Assembly: GCA_009780275.1 (NCBI GenBank)
Contig: WRAI01000002.1
Location: forward strand, 64,231 to 128,230
Source: Oscillospiraceae bacterium
GTDB taxonomy: Bacteria > Bacillota > Clostridia > Oscillospirales > UBA929
DNA: 64,000 nt
Reading direction: 5' to 3'
Each line of letters starts with the position of its first letter. Positions within the stretch are counted from its first letter, which is position 1. The notes below the pieces were generated by a model, which saw only the letters and a program-made list of their open reading frames with translations, did no database searches and was not told the DNA's origin. Made by a program: the position numbers and the translations under genes. Shown here one piece after another: positions 63,446 to 64,000 of the stretch.

Positions 63446-63928
63446 TTATATCTCTATCACTTTTAGCTGTGTCACCGTTACGATAGTACCTTCTATCCCA
63501 CCGATGCGCACCGGTGAACATAGCTCGTAGCTCGGATCTTTAATCTGATCAATATACCCATACTCGACGCCGGCATGGCGCAACTCATCGTTAACCTTGA
63601 CGAGCATCGCCTCGCGCCCGATAATCCACTCAATATCAATAAATTCATTGCTCGGCAAACTACCTTTTCCCTTGTAAATGCATTCTTTGCTATCGGCGAC
63701 ATCAAGAATGCGTAAATCACCGTTGCTGCAGAAATGCAATACACCAAAATGGAAGAACAGCCGTAAGTCGTTATTCACTTTGACTCGGACTTTAATTTTA
63801 GCCGGACCGTTGAACCAGCGCGCGGCATCAATGCCGCCGATGCCGCCTTGACTGCCGTCATTGGAGCAGTGTACCGACACCATGTTATTATCAATTTTGA
63901 CAATGTCTGCATCAGCTTTGCTGCTCAT
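63446..63928 (-). CDS. Hypothetical protein. The frame stays open upstream to the window edge, so the gene may be longer or partial.
   Basis: 160 aa from the first Met. Predicted beta-rich text (KIKVRVKVNNDLRLFFHFGVLHF). The in-frame sequence upstream of 63928 has no stop before position 64000. Confidence 0.45.
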   Translation of the reverse strand: MSSKADADIVKIDNNMVSVHCSNDGSQGGIGGIDAARWFNGPAKIKVRVKVNNDLRLFFHFGVLHFCSNGDLRILDVADSKECIYKGKGSLPSNEFIDIEWIIGREAMLVKVNDELRHAGVEYGYIDQIKDPSYELCSPVRIGGIEGTIVTVTQLKVIEI

Positions 63929-64000
63929 CGCCGCAAGATCTATATCGTATACCTCCCGTGCTGCTGCCGCCTCGACGCGTGCGACAGCGGCAGCGAGTTT

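Overview
Annotated by eye from the sequence and the ORF track, so all family names are motif-level recognition, not search results. The host looks like a spore-forming Clostridia-type Firmicute (spoVT, a pdaA-like deacetylase, SLH-type wall anchors, a Cheo-type SOS box); the taxon is inference.

**Mobile element, about 1-22.2 kb.** This is one end of a conjugative or mobilisable element (ICE or integrated plasmid), ending near a tRNA-Gly(TCC).
- Toxin-antitoxin modules: mazEF, and a Phd/ParE pair next to a relaxase relic.
- Surface proteins: a 1409-aa Cna-B/SpaA-repeat adhesin with an NPHTG sorting signal, a class B sortase, and a Cys-less sortase-like paralog.
- Replication and partition: a RepA_N initiator with four 23-bp iterons inside its own gene, topoisomerase III, and a ParA/small RHH partition pair.
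- Transfer: a MobQ relaxase with an RSF1010-like oriT core (TAAGTGCGCCCT) and a DUF3847 gene.
- Cargo: two SLH-anchored proteins (a PHP-domain enzyme and a BspA-like LRR protein) fused into one 1337-codon ORF. A G10 tract lies in the second.
- No integrase or T4SS genes are in the window.

**Chromosome, 22.3-64 kb.** Mostly housekeeping: gpsA, pheS, rpsT, nth, an M29 aminopeptidase, cdd/udp, spoVT, pssA, feoAB, trpBA, rubredoxins and cell-wall genes.

**Most interesting candidate.** A CYTH / radical-SAM (TIGR03916-like) / DUF4130 (TIGR03915-like) operon. Its TTGACA-17-TATGAT promoter carries a near-consensus LexA (Cheo) box in the spacer.

**Other leads.**
- G9 and G10 homopolymer tracts at or inside surface and membrane protein genes.
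- A multiply frameshifted tail on an XRE-TPR regulator.
- A duplicated GTTAG-N6-CTAAC operator at the feoAB promoter.
- An unlisted 44-aa rubredoxin gene.
- Several AT-rich orphan gene islets.
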